A DNA stretch of 64,000 bases, from assembly GCA_030019365.1 (NCBI GenBank), contig JASEFA010000001.1, forward strand, positions 398,953 to 462,952, in the 5' to 3' direction. The stretch comes from Bacillota bacterium. GTDB taxonomy: Bacteria; Bacillota; Sulfobacillia; JACIYH01. Each line of letters opens with the position of its first letter. The first letter of the stretch is position 1. The notes beneath the pieces are model-generated. The model made no database searches. It had not been told where the DNA came from and saw only the letters and a list, made by a program, of their open reading frames with translations. This document shows positions 48,150 to 58,478 of the stretch, one piece after another. The translations under genes and the position numbers were made by a program.

Positions 48150-49547
48150 TCAGCGCAGCCTGACCAGGTGGATGGACTGCCCGGCCGCCCCCTCGGCGGC
48201 TTCCATCACGGCTTCCGCCAGGGTAGGGTGGGCGTGGGCGATTTCCGCCACCTCTCGGGCGGTGGCCCCCATCTTGATGGCCACCGCGCCCTCGTGAATC
48301 AATACGTCGGCGCCGGACCCCAGGATGTGCAGGCCCAGCACCTTACCGGTGCCCTCCTCGACCACCATCTTCACCAGTCCTTCGGCTTCGCCCAGGGCCT
48401 GGGCGCGCCCGTTGGCCGCGTACGGGAAGCGCGCCACCTTCACGCCATGTCCCGCCTCACGGGCCGCCCTTTCCGTGAGACCCACGCCCGCGATCTCAGG
48501 CAGGGAGAAGACGCAGTAGGGGGCGCTGCGGTAGTCCATCTCTCGTCTTTCGCCCAGGATGTTGTCCACCGCCACCAGGCCTTCCGCCGAGGCCACCGAG
48601 GCCAGAAAGGTGCGTCCCACCACGTCGCCGATGGCCCACACGCCCGGCACGCCCGTGGCCATGTCGGGCCCCACCTTGATGCCCTTGCGGTCGTACTTCA
48701 CCCCCAGGGTGTCCAGGTCCAGGCCGCCCAAGTCGGGCACCCTGCCCATGGCCACCAGGATGCGCTCGGCGTCGAAGTGGGTCTCCCGACCTTCCTTGTC
48801 TTGGGCCACCAGGCGGCGCCCGCCGTCGCGTTCCACGATCCGTTGCACGTAAATGCCCGTGTGCACGGTGATCCCCTGCCGGCGCAGGATGGCCATCATG
48901 CGACGGGACAGTTCCTCGTCCACGGGGGGCAGGATGAGGGGGGATCGCTTCACCATGTCCACCTTGCACCCCAGGGCCCGGTAGAGACAGGCGAACTCGA
49001 CCCCCAGCACGCCGCCCCCGATGATCACCATGCTCTCCGGGATGTGGTCGGGGTCCAGGGCATCGTCGGAAGACATGCACAGGCGGAGGTCCTCGGGCGG
49101 CACGGGCGGCTGTTCCGGCGCCGACCCGGTGGCGATGATCACCTGCCGGCCCGACAGGACCTCCGTACCGCCCCCCGGCACGTCCACCTCCACCACCCCG
49201 GGGCTGCTCACGCGGGCCGTCCCCCTGACCAGCGTCACCCCCCAGGAGGAGAAGAGCCGCTCCACCCCGTCCACCAGCTGCTTCACCACCCGGGAACGGC
49301 GCTCCTTGATGCGGGGAAGGTCGATCTCGGGGGCGGACACCTTCACCCCGAATTCCGCCGCCCGCCGCGCCAGCTCCAGCACCTCGGCCGATCGCACCAG
49401 CGCCTTGGTGGGGATGCAGCCGCGGTTGAGACAGGTCCCCCCCACCTCCCGCCGCTCCACCACGGCCACGCGGGCTCCCTTCTGTGCCGCCCGGATGGCG
49501 GCCACGTAACCACCCGGACCGCTACCGATCACCACTATGTCATACAC
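48150..49547 (-). CDS. lpdA: dihydrolipoyl dehydrogenase (E3; L-protein of the glycine cleavage system)
   Basis: FAD site VIGSGPGG, redox-active disulfide GGTCLNRGCIPTK; GTG start 49547 with an AAAGGGAGGG Shine-Dalgarno; the track's 5' extension is rejected. Confidence 0.85.
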   Translation of the reverse strand: MYDIVVIGSGPGGYVAAIRAAQKGARVAVVERREVGGTCLNRGCIPTKALVRSAEVLELARRAAEFGVKVSAPEIDLPRIKERRSRVVKQLVDGVERLFSSWGVTLVRGTARVSSPGVVEVDVPGGGTEVLSGRQVIIATGSAPEQPPVPPEDLRLCMSSDDALDPDHIPESMVIIGGGVLGVEFACLYRALGCKVDMVKRSPLILPPVDEELSRRMMAILRRQGITVHTGIYVQRIVERDGGRRLVAQDKEGRETHFDAERILVAMGRVPDLGGLDLDTLGVKYDRKGIKVGPDMATGVPGVWAIGDVVGRTFLASVASAEGLVAVDNILGERREMDYRSAPYCVFSLPEIAGVGLTERAAREAGHGVKVARFPYAANGRAQALGEAEGLVKMVVEEGTGKVLGLHILGSGADVLIHEGAVAIKMGATAREVAEIAHAHPTLAEAVMEAAEGAAGQSIHLVRLR

Positions 49548-50367
49548 CGGCTGCGCCCTCCCTTTGCAGTTTGCCCAGCACGTTCCATTCCCAGGTCGCG
49601 TATTTCTCCTCCCGCAGCCTGGCCGCCTCCTCCTGCTCGTGGGCAGTGAGACCGCGTTCTTCGAGTTCCAGGCCCAGGGCCCGCCGGAATCCCTCCGCCA
49701 GGGCGTCGCACACCCCGGTGAAGGTGACCCCACGCCCCAGGTCACACAGGCCGGCGGCACGGGCGCTCAGGTCCTCCTCCAGGCGGGCCCGCCAGCCGGC
49801 AGGCAGCCGAAGGAGGCCAACCAGTTGCACGGGCGAGAACTCCAGCGGCACGGAACCGTGCTGCAGGAGCACCCCCTGCCTGCGCACCTGGGCGCTGCCC
49901 ACCACCTTCCTGCCCTCCACGACCAGTTCGTACCAGGAAGGTGTGTCGAAGCAGGCCGCCGAGCGCAGCCCCGCCCGGGGAGGCCCCTCCTGTACCTCGG
50001 CCTGCAGCCCGAGCAGGCGCAATCCCTCCACCAGGCCGGCGCTCAGACACCGGTAGGTTTCCACCACGCTCCCGGGGAGGAGAGCCGTGGATATCACCAC
50101 GCTGTAGGTGACCTCGCGGTCGTGCAGAACCGCCCGCCCGCCCGTGGGCCGCCTCACCACGTCCACCCCGGCGCGGCGGCAGCCTTCCAGGTCCACCTCC
50201 CGCTCCACCTTCTGGGCGTAACCGAGGGACAGGGCGGGCGGTCGCCAGCCGTAAAGACGCAGGGTGGGGGGAACCCGTCCCCGGCCGTGGGCCAGCATGA
50301 TGGCCTCGTCCGTGGCCATGTTCGTGGCGCCGTCGTGGTATCCGTCCCGGATCAGGCGCCAGCGCAC
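49540..50367 (-). CDS. lipM: lipoate-protein ligase / octanoyltransferase of the LplA/LipM family
   Basis: BPL/LPL catalytic domain (RLYGWRPPALSLGY, RPTGGRAVLHD); position equivalent to B. subtilis yqhM (lipM) next to the gcv genes. Confidence 0.7.
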   Translation of the reverse strand: MRWRLIRDGYHDGATNMATDEAIMLAHGRGRVPPTLRLYGWRPPALSLGYAQKVEREVDLEGCRRAGVDVVRRPTGGRAVLHDREVTYSVVISTALLPGSVVETYRCLSAGLVEGLRLLGLQAEVQEGPPRAGLRSAACFDTPSWYELVVEGRKVVGSAQVRRQGVLLQHGSVPLEFSPVQLVGLLRLPAGWRARLEEDLSARAAGLCDLGRGVTFTGVCDALAEGFRRALGLELEERGLTAHEQEEAARLREEKYATWEWNVLGKLQREGAAGV

Positions 50368-51377
50368 GCCCCGCTACCCCCTGTCGTGCCCCCGCCACAC
50401 CCGGCACCCTGGACGGACGCCTCCAGGGACGACAGCAGGCGGTGCACCTCCCGCTCCGCCTGCCCGGGGTCGAGGGGATGGGGGTAGTTGTAGGGCACGG
50501 GCTGGCCGGGGCGCTCGTTGTAGTAGGGACGGTTGCAGTCCGGGCAGCCCGTGGTGCGGAAGGCCTCGCCGTCCGCCAGGGCGGCCTGCAGGCGGGCGGG
50601 CCAGAAACGGGGTCCGAAACCGGTGAGCCTGCCCCCGGCAAAGGTGAACTCGTCCGCCCGCGCCAGGCCCCGGCCGATGAGGCAGTGGGCAGCCTGCACC
50701 CGCCGGTACCCCTCCAGGGAGGGAGGCGGGTGATGGGCCAGGCGGGTCCCCGCCACCGGGGTGAAGGCGAACAGGCCCACCCGCACCCCCAGCTGCGCCA
50801 GGCGGTCGATGAGCAGGGCCATTTCCTCCTCGGTTTCCCCCACTCCCATGATGAGATGGGTCCCCACGCGTCCGGGGAAGGCCCGCGCCGCTTTCTCCAG
50901 GTGGGCAAGCGCTGCCGCGAACGATCCCCCCTTGACGCGCTCGTACGCCTGGGGCGAAGCGGCGTCCAGGGGAAGGGTCACCCCATCCGCCCCCGCCCGC
51001 AGGAGAGCCTCGGCCACCTTCAGGGAGGGCAGGAAGCAGGAAACGCACACGGGGAGCCCCGCAGCGGCCAGCTCCCCCACCAGGGGGACGAGGTCCACCA
51101 TCTCCCGCGGGGACCCCGGCTCCACCACCTGCACGCACACCCGCCGCACGCCCGAACCAGGCAGGCGGCAGAGTACCTCCTCAGCGGGGAAGGCCGGCCA
51201 GGTGACGCGCGAGAGCAGGTCCGCCCGGCTGTCCGACCCCCGGGCCTGGGCACAAAAGGCGCAGTCGCGGCGGCACTTCTCCCCCCACATGAGGTAGGCC
51301 GTGGTGGGGGGATGGGGTTGCCTGATCGTACGCAGACCGAGTACCTGGGCGGTTCCCAGCGACACCCTCAGCCTCAT
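50352..51377 (-). CDS. radical SAM protein, candidate lipoyl synthase subunit (LipS1/LipS2-like)
   Basis: CRRDCAFC (CxxxCxxC) near the N-terminus and an extra C-terminal CPDC; ATG 51377 overlaps the upstream stop (ATGA). Confidence 0.5.
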   Translation of the reverse strand: MRLRVSLGTAQVLGLRTIRQPHPPTTAYLMWGEKCRRDCAFCAQARGSDSRADLLSRVTWPAFPAEEVLCRLPGSGVRRVCVQVVEPGSPREMVDLVPLVGELAAAGLPVCVSCFLPSLKVAEALLRAGADGVTLPLDAASPQAYERVKGGSFAAALAHLEKAARAFPGRVGTHLIMGVGETEEEMALLIDRLAQLGVRVGLFAFTPVAGTRLAHHPPPSLEGYRRVQAAHCLIGRGLARADEFTFAGGRLTGFGPRFWPARLQAALADGEAFRTTGCPDCNRPYYNERPGQPVPYNYPHPLDPGQAEREVHRLLSSLEASVQGAGCGGGTTGGSGACAGA

Positions 51378-52297
51378 CCCGGCCTCGCCACCCGTGAGCC
51401 CCATGCCGGCTTCGCCACCATCCCCAGGGCGCAGCATTCCCGCGTTTCCACCAGGGATAGCCCGCGGGCGACCGCCTCCCGGCGGGCGGAAGGTGCCGGC
51501 ATGACGATGCGGTTTACCCCCGCCGCCACCGCCAGGGGATCGAGCCGTTGCCGGTAAGCACCCTTCGGCCTCATACATCCCAGGGCGATCTCCGCCCCGG
51601 GCAGCCGCGTGCGGGCGTAGGCCACTACCGCCGCCACCTCCTCGGGGTCGGGGGGAGCGCAACCCTCATAGCGGGTGCCGGGGGTGGGCGTGAACACCAG
51701 GAACACCACCGCTGCGGGCTCGAGCTCCACCAGCACTTCGATGGCCTCCCACTCCCCCACGATCCGCCCGCCCCGCAACCCCACGCATATGTGGGGGACC
51801 ACCGGCAGGTAGCGGGCCAGGGCCCGGTAGGTGCGCAGGTATTCCTCCGGACCGGCCTCCAGTCCGCTCACCTCGCGCACGGTGGGGGCGTGCGCCACCC
51901 AGTCCAGGGAGGCCAACGTCCCGTGGGGGGCCAGGAGCCGGGCTTCCTCCTCCCCCACCAGGCCGGTGTGGAGGTTGAGGCGGGCACCCGTGGCCCGCAG
52001 CCGCGCCAGCAATTCCAGGTTGCCGGACAGGGGTACCCTCCCCTGCCAGTCGCACCCCCCGCTCACCAGGTAGCTGGGGGCCTCGGGCACGGGAACGTCC
52101 CCGGGGCCCCGCATCCCCTTCAGGTAGTGTCCGCCGCAGTGGGCACAGTCCAGGGCACAGGCCGTCCCTGTCACGCTGACCGGCACCGTGTCCCGGGGGC
52201 GATCCACCGCCAGCACAGGCGGGAAGCCCTCCCGTACCTCCCAGGCCCGCCCGAGGGCACCGGTGACCCGCGCCGGGACCAGGGCTGGGAAGGGCAT
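51374..52297 (-). CDS. radical SAM protein, second candidate lipoyl synthase subunit (LipS1/LipS2-like)
   Basis: CALDCAHC (CxxxCxxC), extra Cys pairs (GCMRP, ECCALG); ATG 52297 overlaps the gcvPB stop (ATGA). Confidence 0.5.
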   Translation of the reverse strand: MPFPALVPARVTGALGRAWEVREGFPPVLAVDRPRDTVPVSVTGTACALDCAHCGGHYLKGMRGPGDVPVPEAPSYLVSGGCDWQGRVPLSGNLELLARLRATGARLNLHTGLVGEEEARLLAPHGTLASLDWVAHAPTVREVSGLEAGPEEYLRTYRALARYLPVVPHICVGLRGGRIVGEWEAIEVLVELEPAAVVFLVFTPTPGTRYEGCAPPDPEEVAAVVAYARTRLPGAEIALGCMRPKGAYRQRLDPLAVAAGVNRIVMPAPSARREAVARGLSLVETRECCALGMVAKPAWGSRVARPG

Positions 52298-53766
52298 CAG
52301 GCTCCGCGCCTCCAGCGCAGCACGGGACGGCGGGCCGCCCCCGCCTCGTCCAGCCGCCCCACGGGAGTGGTGTGGGGCGCCGTCTTCACCTTTTCCGCAT
52401 CCCGCTCCGCCTCTTCGGCGATCTTCCCCAGGGCCGCGACGAAGTAATCCAGGGCCTCCTGGCTCTCCGTCTCGGTGGGCTCCACCATGAGGGCCTCGTC
52501 CACGATGAGCGGGAAGTACACCGTGGGCGGGTGCACGCCGTAGTCCAGCAGCCGCTTGGCGATGTCCAGGGTCTTCACACCGGTACGGTCCTTGATGCGG
52601 CGCGGGTTGACAACGAACTCGTGCTTGCAGTGGCGGTCGTAGGGCAGGTCGTACCACTCGAGCAGCCTGCGCATGACGTAGTTGGCGTTGAGCACGGCGT
52701 TCTCGGACACCCGCTTGAGGCCCTGACCCCCCAGGGCGCGGATATAGGCATATGCCTTCACCGCCACCCCGAAGTTACCGTAGAACGCCTTCATCTGCCC
52801 GATACTGAGGGGCCGGTCGCACTCCAGGAAGTAGCGTTCGCCGTCGAACCCCACCGCGGGCACGGGCAGGAAGGGGATGAGCTTCTCCTTCACCCCCACC
52901 GGGCCCGACCCGGGACCGCCGCCCCCGTGGGGCGTGGAGAAGGTCTTGTGGAGGTTGAAGTGCACCACGTCGAAGCCCATGTCGCCCGGCCGCGAGTAGC
53001 CCATGATGGCGTTGGCATTGGCCCCGTCGTAGTACAGGAGCCCCCCCCTGTCGTGGACCATGCGGGCGATGCGCACGATGTTCTCGTCGAATAGCCCCAG
53101 GGTGTTGGGGTTGGTGAGCATCAGGGCCGCCACCCGCTCGTCCAGCACCTTCTCCAGCTCACCCACGTCCACCCCGCCCCGGGAGTCCGACTTGACCTCC
53201 ACGATTCGGCACCCGGTCATGGCCGCCGAGGCCGGGTTGGTGCCGTGGGCGGAGTCCGGGATGATGATCTTGTCCCGGTTCATCTCCCCCCGGTGCCGGT
53301 GGTAGGCCCGGATGAGGAGCAGGCCGGTGAGCTCCCCGTGGGCGCCGGCGGCCGGCTGCAGGGACACCTTGTCCACCCCGCCGATCTCGGCCAGGTACTG
53401 CTGCAACTCGTACATGAGCTGCAGGGCCCCCTGCACCAGCTCCTCCGGCTGGTAGGGATGGAGCCAGGCGAACCCGGGGAGGCGTGCCGCCCACTCGTTC
53501 ACCTTGGGGCTGTACTTCATGGTGCAGGACCCCAGGGGGTAAAAGCCGATGTCCACCCCGTGGTTGAGCTGGCTCAGGCGGGTGTAGTGCCTGACCACGT
53601 CCACCTCGGAGACCTCCGGCAGGTCGGGCTCGCCCTCCCGCAGGAGCTGCTCGGGTAGGAGCGACCGGATGTCTCCCTCTGGCACGTCACAGGCGGGGAG
53701 GGAATATGCTCTCCGTCCCGGCGAACTCAGCTCGAATATGAGAGGTTCCGGGCCTTTCATGCGCAT
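52297..53766 (-). CDS. gcvPB: glycine dehydrogenase (decarboxylating) subunit 2
   Basis: [19 protein letters not shown]-terminus, PLP-lysine [16 protein letters not shown]; start at 53766 or 53760, overlapping the gcvPA stop. Confidence 0.85.
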   Translation of the reverse strand: MRMKGPEPLIFELSSPGRRAYSLPACDVPEGDIRSLLPEQLLREGEPDLPEVSEVDVVRHYTRLSQLNHGVDIGFYPLGSCTMKYSPKVNEWAARLPGFAWLHPYQPEELVQGALQLMYELQQYLAEIGGVDKVSLQPAAGAHGELTGLLLIRAYHRHRGEMNRDKIIIPDSAHGTNPASAAMTGCRIVEVKSDSRGGVDVGELEKVLDERVAALMLTNPNTLGLFDENIVRIARMVHDRGGLLYYDGANANAIMGYSRPGDMGFDVVHFNLHKTFSTPHGGGGPGSGPVGVKEKLIPFLPVPAVGFDGERYFLECDRPLSIGQMKAFYGNFGVAVKAYAYIRALGGQGLKRVSENAVLNANYVMRRLLEWYDLPYDRHCKHEFVVNPRRIKDRTGVKTLDIAKRLLDYGVHPPTVYFPLIVDEALMVEPTETESQEALDYFVAALGKIAEEAERDAEKVKTAPHTTPVGRLDEAGAARRPVLRWRRGA

Positions 53767-55133
53767 CCCTCCAGTACTTTGGCCAGGGCGTCGATCTGGG
53801 CCCTGCTCCGCTTCTCGGTGACCGCCACCAAGAGGCAGTCCTCCAGTTCCGGATAGAAGCGGCCCAGGGCCACGCCCGGCAGGATACCCCTCGCTGTCCC
53901 CCGCTTCACCAGTTCGGCGGGCGGGCAGGGGCAGCGCACGGCGAACTCCATGAAGAAGGGCGCCCCGAAGGCCGGCGCAAACCCGGGGACGGCTGCGACG
54001 GCATCCCGGGCGTAGTGCGCCTTCTTCAGGCACAGTTCGGCCACCTCGCGGATGCCGCGCTTCCCCATCATGGCCAGGTATACGGTGGCCGCCAGGGCGT
54101 TGAGGGCCTCGTTGGAGCAGATGTTGGAGGTGGCCTTCTCCCGCCGGATGTGCTGCTCGCGGGTCTGCAGGGTGAGCACGAACCCCCGCTGCCCGCGGGA
54201 GTCCACGGTGGCGCCCACGACCCGTCCCGGCAGCCGCCGCACCAGCTTCTCGGTGACGGCGAAGTAGCCGAAGGTGGGTCCCCCGAAGGAGGGGACGTTG
54301 CCCAGCGCCTGCCCATCACCCACCGCCATGTCCGCCCCGTAGCTGCCGGGCGGAGCCAAAAGGCCCAGGCTGATGGGGGAAGTGGCCACCACGAAGAGGC
54401 CGCCCCGGCCGTGGATGGCTCGTGCCATGTCGGCGACCGGCTCCAGGCAGCCGAAGAAGTTGGGATGCTGCACCAGCAGGCACGCGGGCTCGTCGCCGGA
54501 AGCGCGTTCGCCACTTGCGGCGCGTTCACCGGCCAGGACCCGTTCCAGGGCCTCCCGGTCGGTGACGCCGTCCCGGTAGGGCACCTCTGTCACCTTCAGG
54601 TCGGCCCCGGCGGCATAGGTGTGCAGCACCCGCCGGTACTCGGGGTGCACCGTGGATGACACCACGATGTGGCGCCGGCCCGTGGTGCTGCAGGAGATCA
54701 GCCCCGCCTCCGCCAGGGCAGTGGCCCCGTCGTAGTGGGAGGCCTGGGAGACGTCCATCCCCGTGAGTTCGCAGATCATGGTCTGGTATTCGAAGATGGA
54801 CTGCAGCACCGCCTGGCTGACCTCGGGCTGGTACGGCGTGTAGGCGGTGTAGAATTCCGAACGCGAGATGACGTGGTCGACCACGGCCGGGATGTAGTGG
54901 TCGTACATGCCCGCCCCCGCGAAGCACACCAGGCGCCCCAGGTGGGCGTTCTTGTCGGAAAGCTCCAGCATATGCTGCTGGAGTTCCAGCTCCGCCATGG
55001 GCTCCGGCAGCCGCAGGGGGCGGTCAAGCCGGGCCTCCGGAGGGATGTCGGCGAAGAGCTCCTCGGGCGACCCCACCCCGATGGCCCGCAACATCGCCTC
55101 CCGGTTGCGGTCCGTGTTGGGGATGAAGTCCAT
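53757..55133 (-). CDS. gcvPA: glycine dehydrogenase (decarboxylating) subunit 1
   Basis: 458 aa, characteristic GcvPA N-terminus ([26 protein letters not shown]). Confidence 0.85.
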   Translation of the reverse strand: MDFIPNTDRNREAMLRAIGVGSPEELFADIPPEARLDRPLRLPEPMAELELQQHMLELSDKNAHLGRLVCFAGAGMYDHYIPAVVDHVISRSEFYTAYTPYQPEVSQAVLQSIFEYQTMICELTGMDVSQASHYDGATALAEAGLISCSTTGRRHIVVSSTVHPEYRRVLHTYAAGADLKVTEVPYRDGVTDREALERVLAGERAASGERASGDEPACLLVQHPNFFGCLEPVADMARAIHGRGGLFVVATSPISLGLLAPPGSYGADMAVGDGQALGNVPSFGGPTFGYFAVTEKLVRRLPGRVVGATVDSRGQRGFVLTLQTREQHIRREKATSNICSNEALNALAATVYLAMMGKRGIREVAELCLKKAHYARDAVAAVPGFAPAFGAPFFMEFAVRCPCPPAELVKRGTARGILPGVALGRFYPELEDCLLVAVTEKRSRAQIDALAKVLEGCA

Positions 55134-55522
55134 CAGTGCGCCTCCTCCTCGCAGTGCTTCTCGTAGGCGGCCACGTCCATGAGGTTGTTCAGTTCCGCGG
55201 GGTCGGACATGCGGATGACCACCATCCAGCCTTCCCCGTGGGGGTCCTGGTTGAGGGTCTCCGGCTTGTCGGCCAGGGTGTCGTTGATTTCCACCACCTC
55301 GCCACTGACGGGGGCGTAGCAGTCCGAGACCGCCTTGACCGACTCCACCACGCCGAAGGCTTCACCCTGCTTGACCTGGCGGCCCACCTCCGGCAGCTCC
55401 ACGAACACGATGTCTCCCAGGTGCTCCTGGGCGTAATTGGTGATGCCCACCCGCGCCAGGTCGCCCTCCACCTTCGCCCACTCGTGGGTCTTGGCGTAAC
55501 GGAACTCCTTCGGATACATCAC
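55133..55522 (-). CDS. gcvH: glycine cleavage system H protein
   Basis: Lipoyl-lysine motif ESVKAVSD; 129 aa. Confidence 0.9.
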   Translation of the reverse strand: MMYPKEFRYAKTHEWAKVEGDLARVGITNYAQEHLGDIVFVELPEVGRQVKQGEAFGVVESVKAVSDCYAPVSGEVVEINDTLADKPETLNQDPHGEGWMVVIRMSDPAELNNLMDVAAYEKHCEEEAH

Positions 55523-56640
55523 TTCTCCCTCCTCCTGTAGAACGGGGTCCTCACCACGCGGGCATCCACGCCCCTGCCCCGGATCTCCACCTGCACCTCG
55601 GTGCCCACTTCGGCGAGCCCCGGCGGCACGAAGGCCAGGGCCAGGTTCCTGTCCAGGGTGGGCGAGTACGACCCGGTGGTGACGTACCCCACCTTCCCGC
55701 CATCCTTCAGCACGGGGTACCCCGTGCGGGCGATGCCCCGGCCCACCATCTCCAGGCCGGCGAGCTTCTTGCGCAGGCCGGTGCGCTTCTCCTCAAGCAG
55801 GGGCTCCCGGCCCACGAAGTCGCCCTTGTCGAACTTCACGTACTTGCCCAGCCCCGCCTCCAGCGGAGTGGTGTCGTCGTCCATCTCCTGCCCGTAGAGG
55901 GGCATGGTCGCCTCGAAGCGCAGGGTGTCCCGGCAACCCAGCCCGCAGGGCCACAGCCCCTGCTCGTCGCCCTCCTCCAGCAGGGTGTCCCACAGGCCCG
56001 GGGCCTCCTCGGGCGAGCAGAAGATCTCGAACCCATCCTCCCCCGTGTACCCGGTGCGGGAGACCATGCACTTCACCCCGGCCACGTCCACGTCCTGCAG
56101 GCACCAGTAGTAGCGGATGGCGGAGAGGTCCGTCCTGGTCAGCCTGCCCAGGATGGCCTCCGAGTTGGGCCCCTGCAGGGCCAGCTCCGCCACCTGGGCC
56201 GACACGTTGTCCACGTTCGCACCCGGGAAGCGGCCTGCCAGTTCCTTCACCCAGCTGTAGTCCTTCTCGATGTTGCCGGCGTTGATCACCACGAAATAAC
56301 GGTTCTCACCCAGGCGGTACACCAGCAGGTCGTCCACCACCCCGCCCCGTTGATCGCACATGGGCGAGTACCGCACCTGGTTCACCGCCATGGTGGACAT
56401 GTCGTTGGTGAGGGCGTACTGCAAGAGCTCGAGGGCCTGCGGGCCCCTTATGTCCAGCTCGCCCATGTCCGACACGTCGAACAGCCCTGCCGCCCGCCGC
56501 ACCTGGTGGTGCTCCTCGATGATGCTGCGGAACTGCACGGGCAGCGCCCACCCCGCGAAGTCGATGATCCTGCCGCCGTACTTGAGATGGTTGCCGTAGA
56601 GCGGCGTCTTCTTCAGCTCCTCCGTGCCCACAATCGGCAC
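55519..56640 (-). CDS. gcvT: glycine cleavage system aminomethyltransferase T
   Basis: 373 aa, [27 protein letters not shown]-terminus. Confidence 0.9.
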   Translation of the reverse strand: MPIVGTEELKKTPLYGNHLKYGGRIIDFAGWALPVQFRSIIEEHHQVRRAAGLFDVSDMGELDIRGPQALELLQYALTNDMSTMAVNQVRYSPMCDQRGGVVDDLLVYRLGENRYFVVINAGNIEKDYSWVKELAGRFPGANVDNVSAQVAELALQGPNSEAILGRLTRTDLSAIRYYWCLQDVDVAGVKCMVSRTGYTGEDGFEIFCSPEEAPGLWDTLLEEGDEQGLWPCGLGCRDTLRFEATMPLYGQEMDDDTTPLEAGLGKYVKFDKGDFVGREPLLEEKRTGLRKKLAGLEMVGRGIARTGYPVLKDGGKVGYVTTGSYSPTLDRNLALAFVPPGLAEVGTEVQVEIRGRGVDARVVRTPFYRRREK

Positions 56641-56879
56641 CCTCCTTTCTGCCCGGGAATCCCCCGCCTCCGGAAACCATGTCCCCGGGGTGTCCCGTCC
56701 CCGTCATGTCGGGCGGCGGGGATCCCCCGCTCCTGCGCCGCGGTACCACCCCTCCCCTCCCTGCTCCCCTTCTGGGCACGCCCTCACCTTCCGCTGCCGC
56801 CGCGCGCTCCGCTTGGGGAGCACCCTCTCGTGCCGCCGACTGTATCCTCCCCGAAAAGAGCAACAGGAGAACCCACTCA

Positions 56880-57030
56880 GGAAGTGAGCTCCCCTGTCCT
56901 TGCACCTGAGAGTTTCCTTCTCCTCGAAGTTGCCCCTTCGGTGGCGGTACCCCGGCGACTGCCCCGGCCGCGATGGAGTCAGGCTCCTGATCCGTTGCCA
57001 CGGGTACCCGCGCCTCTCCAGAGGTTGGTC
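56880..57030 (-). promoter_or_regulatory. glycine riboswitch aptamer (single clear aptamer) in the gcvT leader
   Basis: Minus-strand read contains CUCUGGAGAG ... CACCGAAGGGGCAAC ... AAACUCUCAGGUGCAAGGACAGGGG, matching the conserved glycine-aptamer cores; an unusually long insert between the first two motifs; no second aptamer found. Confidence 0.6.
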
Positions 57031-57193
57031 CGGCTGCGGTGCGCCCGCCACCCCGGTCCTGCGCACGGCCTGCCTGCGGCCCGTCCGGAGCCGGCCTCCC
57101 GCAACCCTCATCCCGGCTCTTCAGTTGTCGCGAGGGCTGGTATCGCAGCCCAGCTTTCTATTCGACCCCCACGCCGTTTTTCCTCCTTGGAGC

Positions 57194-57334
57194 TTACACG
57201 CACCCCATGACCACAGGCCCCCAGGAGAAGAGATCGGCCAGGAAGCGCGCCACGATGGGGGCCTCGATGCCGTGCCTCAGGAAGAGGAGCCCGAGGAGGA
57301 CGCCGGCACCCGTCGCGTAGACCCAGTTCGTCCT
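57194..57334 (-). pseudogene. 3'-terminal fragment of a membrane-protein gene (…NWVYATGAGVLLGLLFLRHGIEAPIVARFLADLFSWGPVVMGCV*), truncated at the island boundary
   Basis: Host-like GC and a TM-like C-terminus, but the upstream part of the ORF becomes low-GC noise; no plausible start. Confidence 0.35.
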
Positions 57335-57622
57335 CGTCTCCTGCCCCGCCGGGCACCTCACATACCTGCCCGGAAAGGTACGCCAGGACGCAGAAGATGC
57401 CTTGATACCGAAGAACCGAAATAAGACGGCGTCCTCGGCCGATTGGCACGTATGATGGAGGTCGCATGAGGTCATATGGAGAGATGGAATGACCGTGCCC
57501 CCAGCGTAGAGCGGCGATCTTCCGAAACTTGTCGCATGGGGTTGGAAAATTCATAGATATGCAGCAGGAATTGGTGGGTTGGATGGCGCATATCACTACC
57601 TGGAAAGGAGGGAGGAGTGAGC

Positions 57623-57826
57623 ATGGAACACATTACCAAGGAAACGTGGCTTAAGAAGGAGACCACGTCTGGGCGGGTAGGTGAATGGATGGGAAATCGA
57701 AGCCGTGACGGATGGAGTAGATCTGGAATACTATGTCCCTCTCCTCAAGGAACACAGCATATCCCAGATTCAAGTTACTCTAAATGGTCCGAAGCATATA
57801 CAGGACATCCGCCGCCCGTCAGCTGA
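57623..57826 (+). CDS. small ORF (67 aa, Trp-rich) with the strongest Shine-Dalgarno in the region
   Basis: GGAAAGGAGGGAGGAG 6 nt before ATG 57623; low-GC; overlaps the start of the truncated radical-SAM frame; no homology recognised. Confidence 0.3.
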   Translation: MEHITKETWLKKETTSGRVGEWMGNRSRDGWSRSGILCPSPQGTQHIPDSSYSKWSEAYTGHPPPVS

Positions 57827-58364
57827 TGGACGGGGTTCCTTTGAGGCCATCGTCCGCTCCGTTGACGCTGCGTTGGCTGCTCAGTTGCCTATCGCAGTCA
57901 GAGTGAACGCCGACAGGCAGAATGTCGAGTATGCCCCAGAACCGGTAGATTTCTTTAGCGCACGGGGTTGGTTAGACGAATCACGGTTCGGAGCATACTG
58001 GGGTGTGACTTTCGATCTTCAAGGCCGACACCCATACTGCGCTCCGGCTCATGTGATGTTAAGAAGGGTATTGGAAATCCGAAAGCGATATCCGCTAACC
58101 AAGCGAATCAGCCTTGAGGCTTGGGAGGCTCTGCAGTTCCTTCTTTACCCCTATCTGCTTGGGGAGCCGCGGTTGCCCAAGTTCTTTTTCTGCGGGGCTC
58201 ACCGGAATGAGTGGTGTTTCGACCTCTATGGAGATGGGTACTTCTGCGCAGACGGTGTAGGGCGGGGGGAGTTCAGAGTAGGGAAGTACGATCCGGTGCT
58301 TGCACTGGACCAAGGACGAGCTGCACTATGGCGGGAACACGACGTTCGCGGCCTACTGCACTGA
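57681..58364 (+). pseudogene. radical SAM/SPASM-domain enzyme lacking its N-terminal CxxxCxxC/GGE region (5'-truncated)
   Basis: Begins mid-barrel (QVTLNGPKH ribose-motif strand, IAVRVNADRQN) and ends in a Cys-rich SPASM-like tail (FFFCGAHRNEWCFDLYGDGYFC); in-frame stop directly upstream and no CxxxCxxC in any nearby frame; low GC. Confidence 0.55.
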
Positions 58365-58478
58365 ACAGGTGTGGTCGGCGCTGGCCACCACCCTGGAGTA
58401 CCTCCACAGTTCACCCGAGGTATTCGTACGCGAGGAATTTGAGCTACCAAGGAAGATGTCGGAAGGAAGAGCACAGGG

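Noticed and set aside
56640-57110. Second (tandem) glycine aptamer
   Set aside because: Only one ACCGAAGG / CUCUCAGG...GGACAG core pair is present in the leader
57681-58364. Intact radical-SAM maturase with a frameshifted N-terminus
   Set aside because: An in-frame TAG immediately precedes the GTG, and none of the three forward frames in 57340-57680 encodes a CxxxCxxC or GGE motif, so the 5' half is deleted rather than frameshifted
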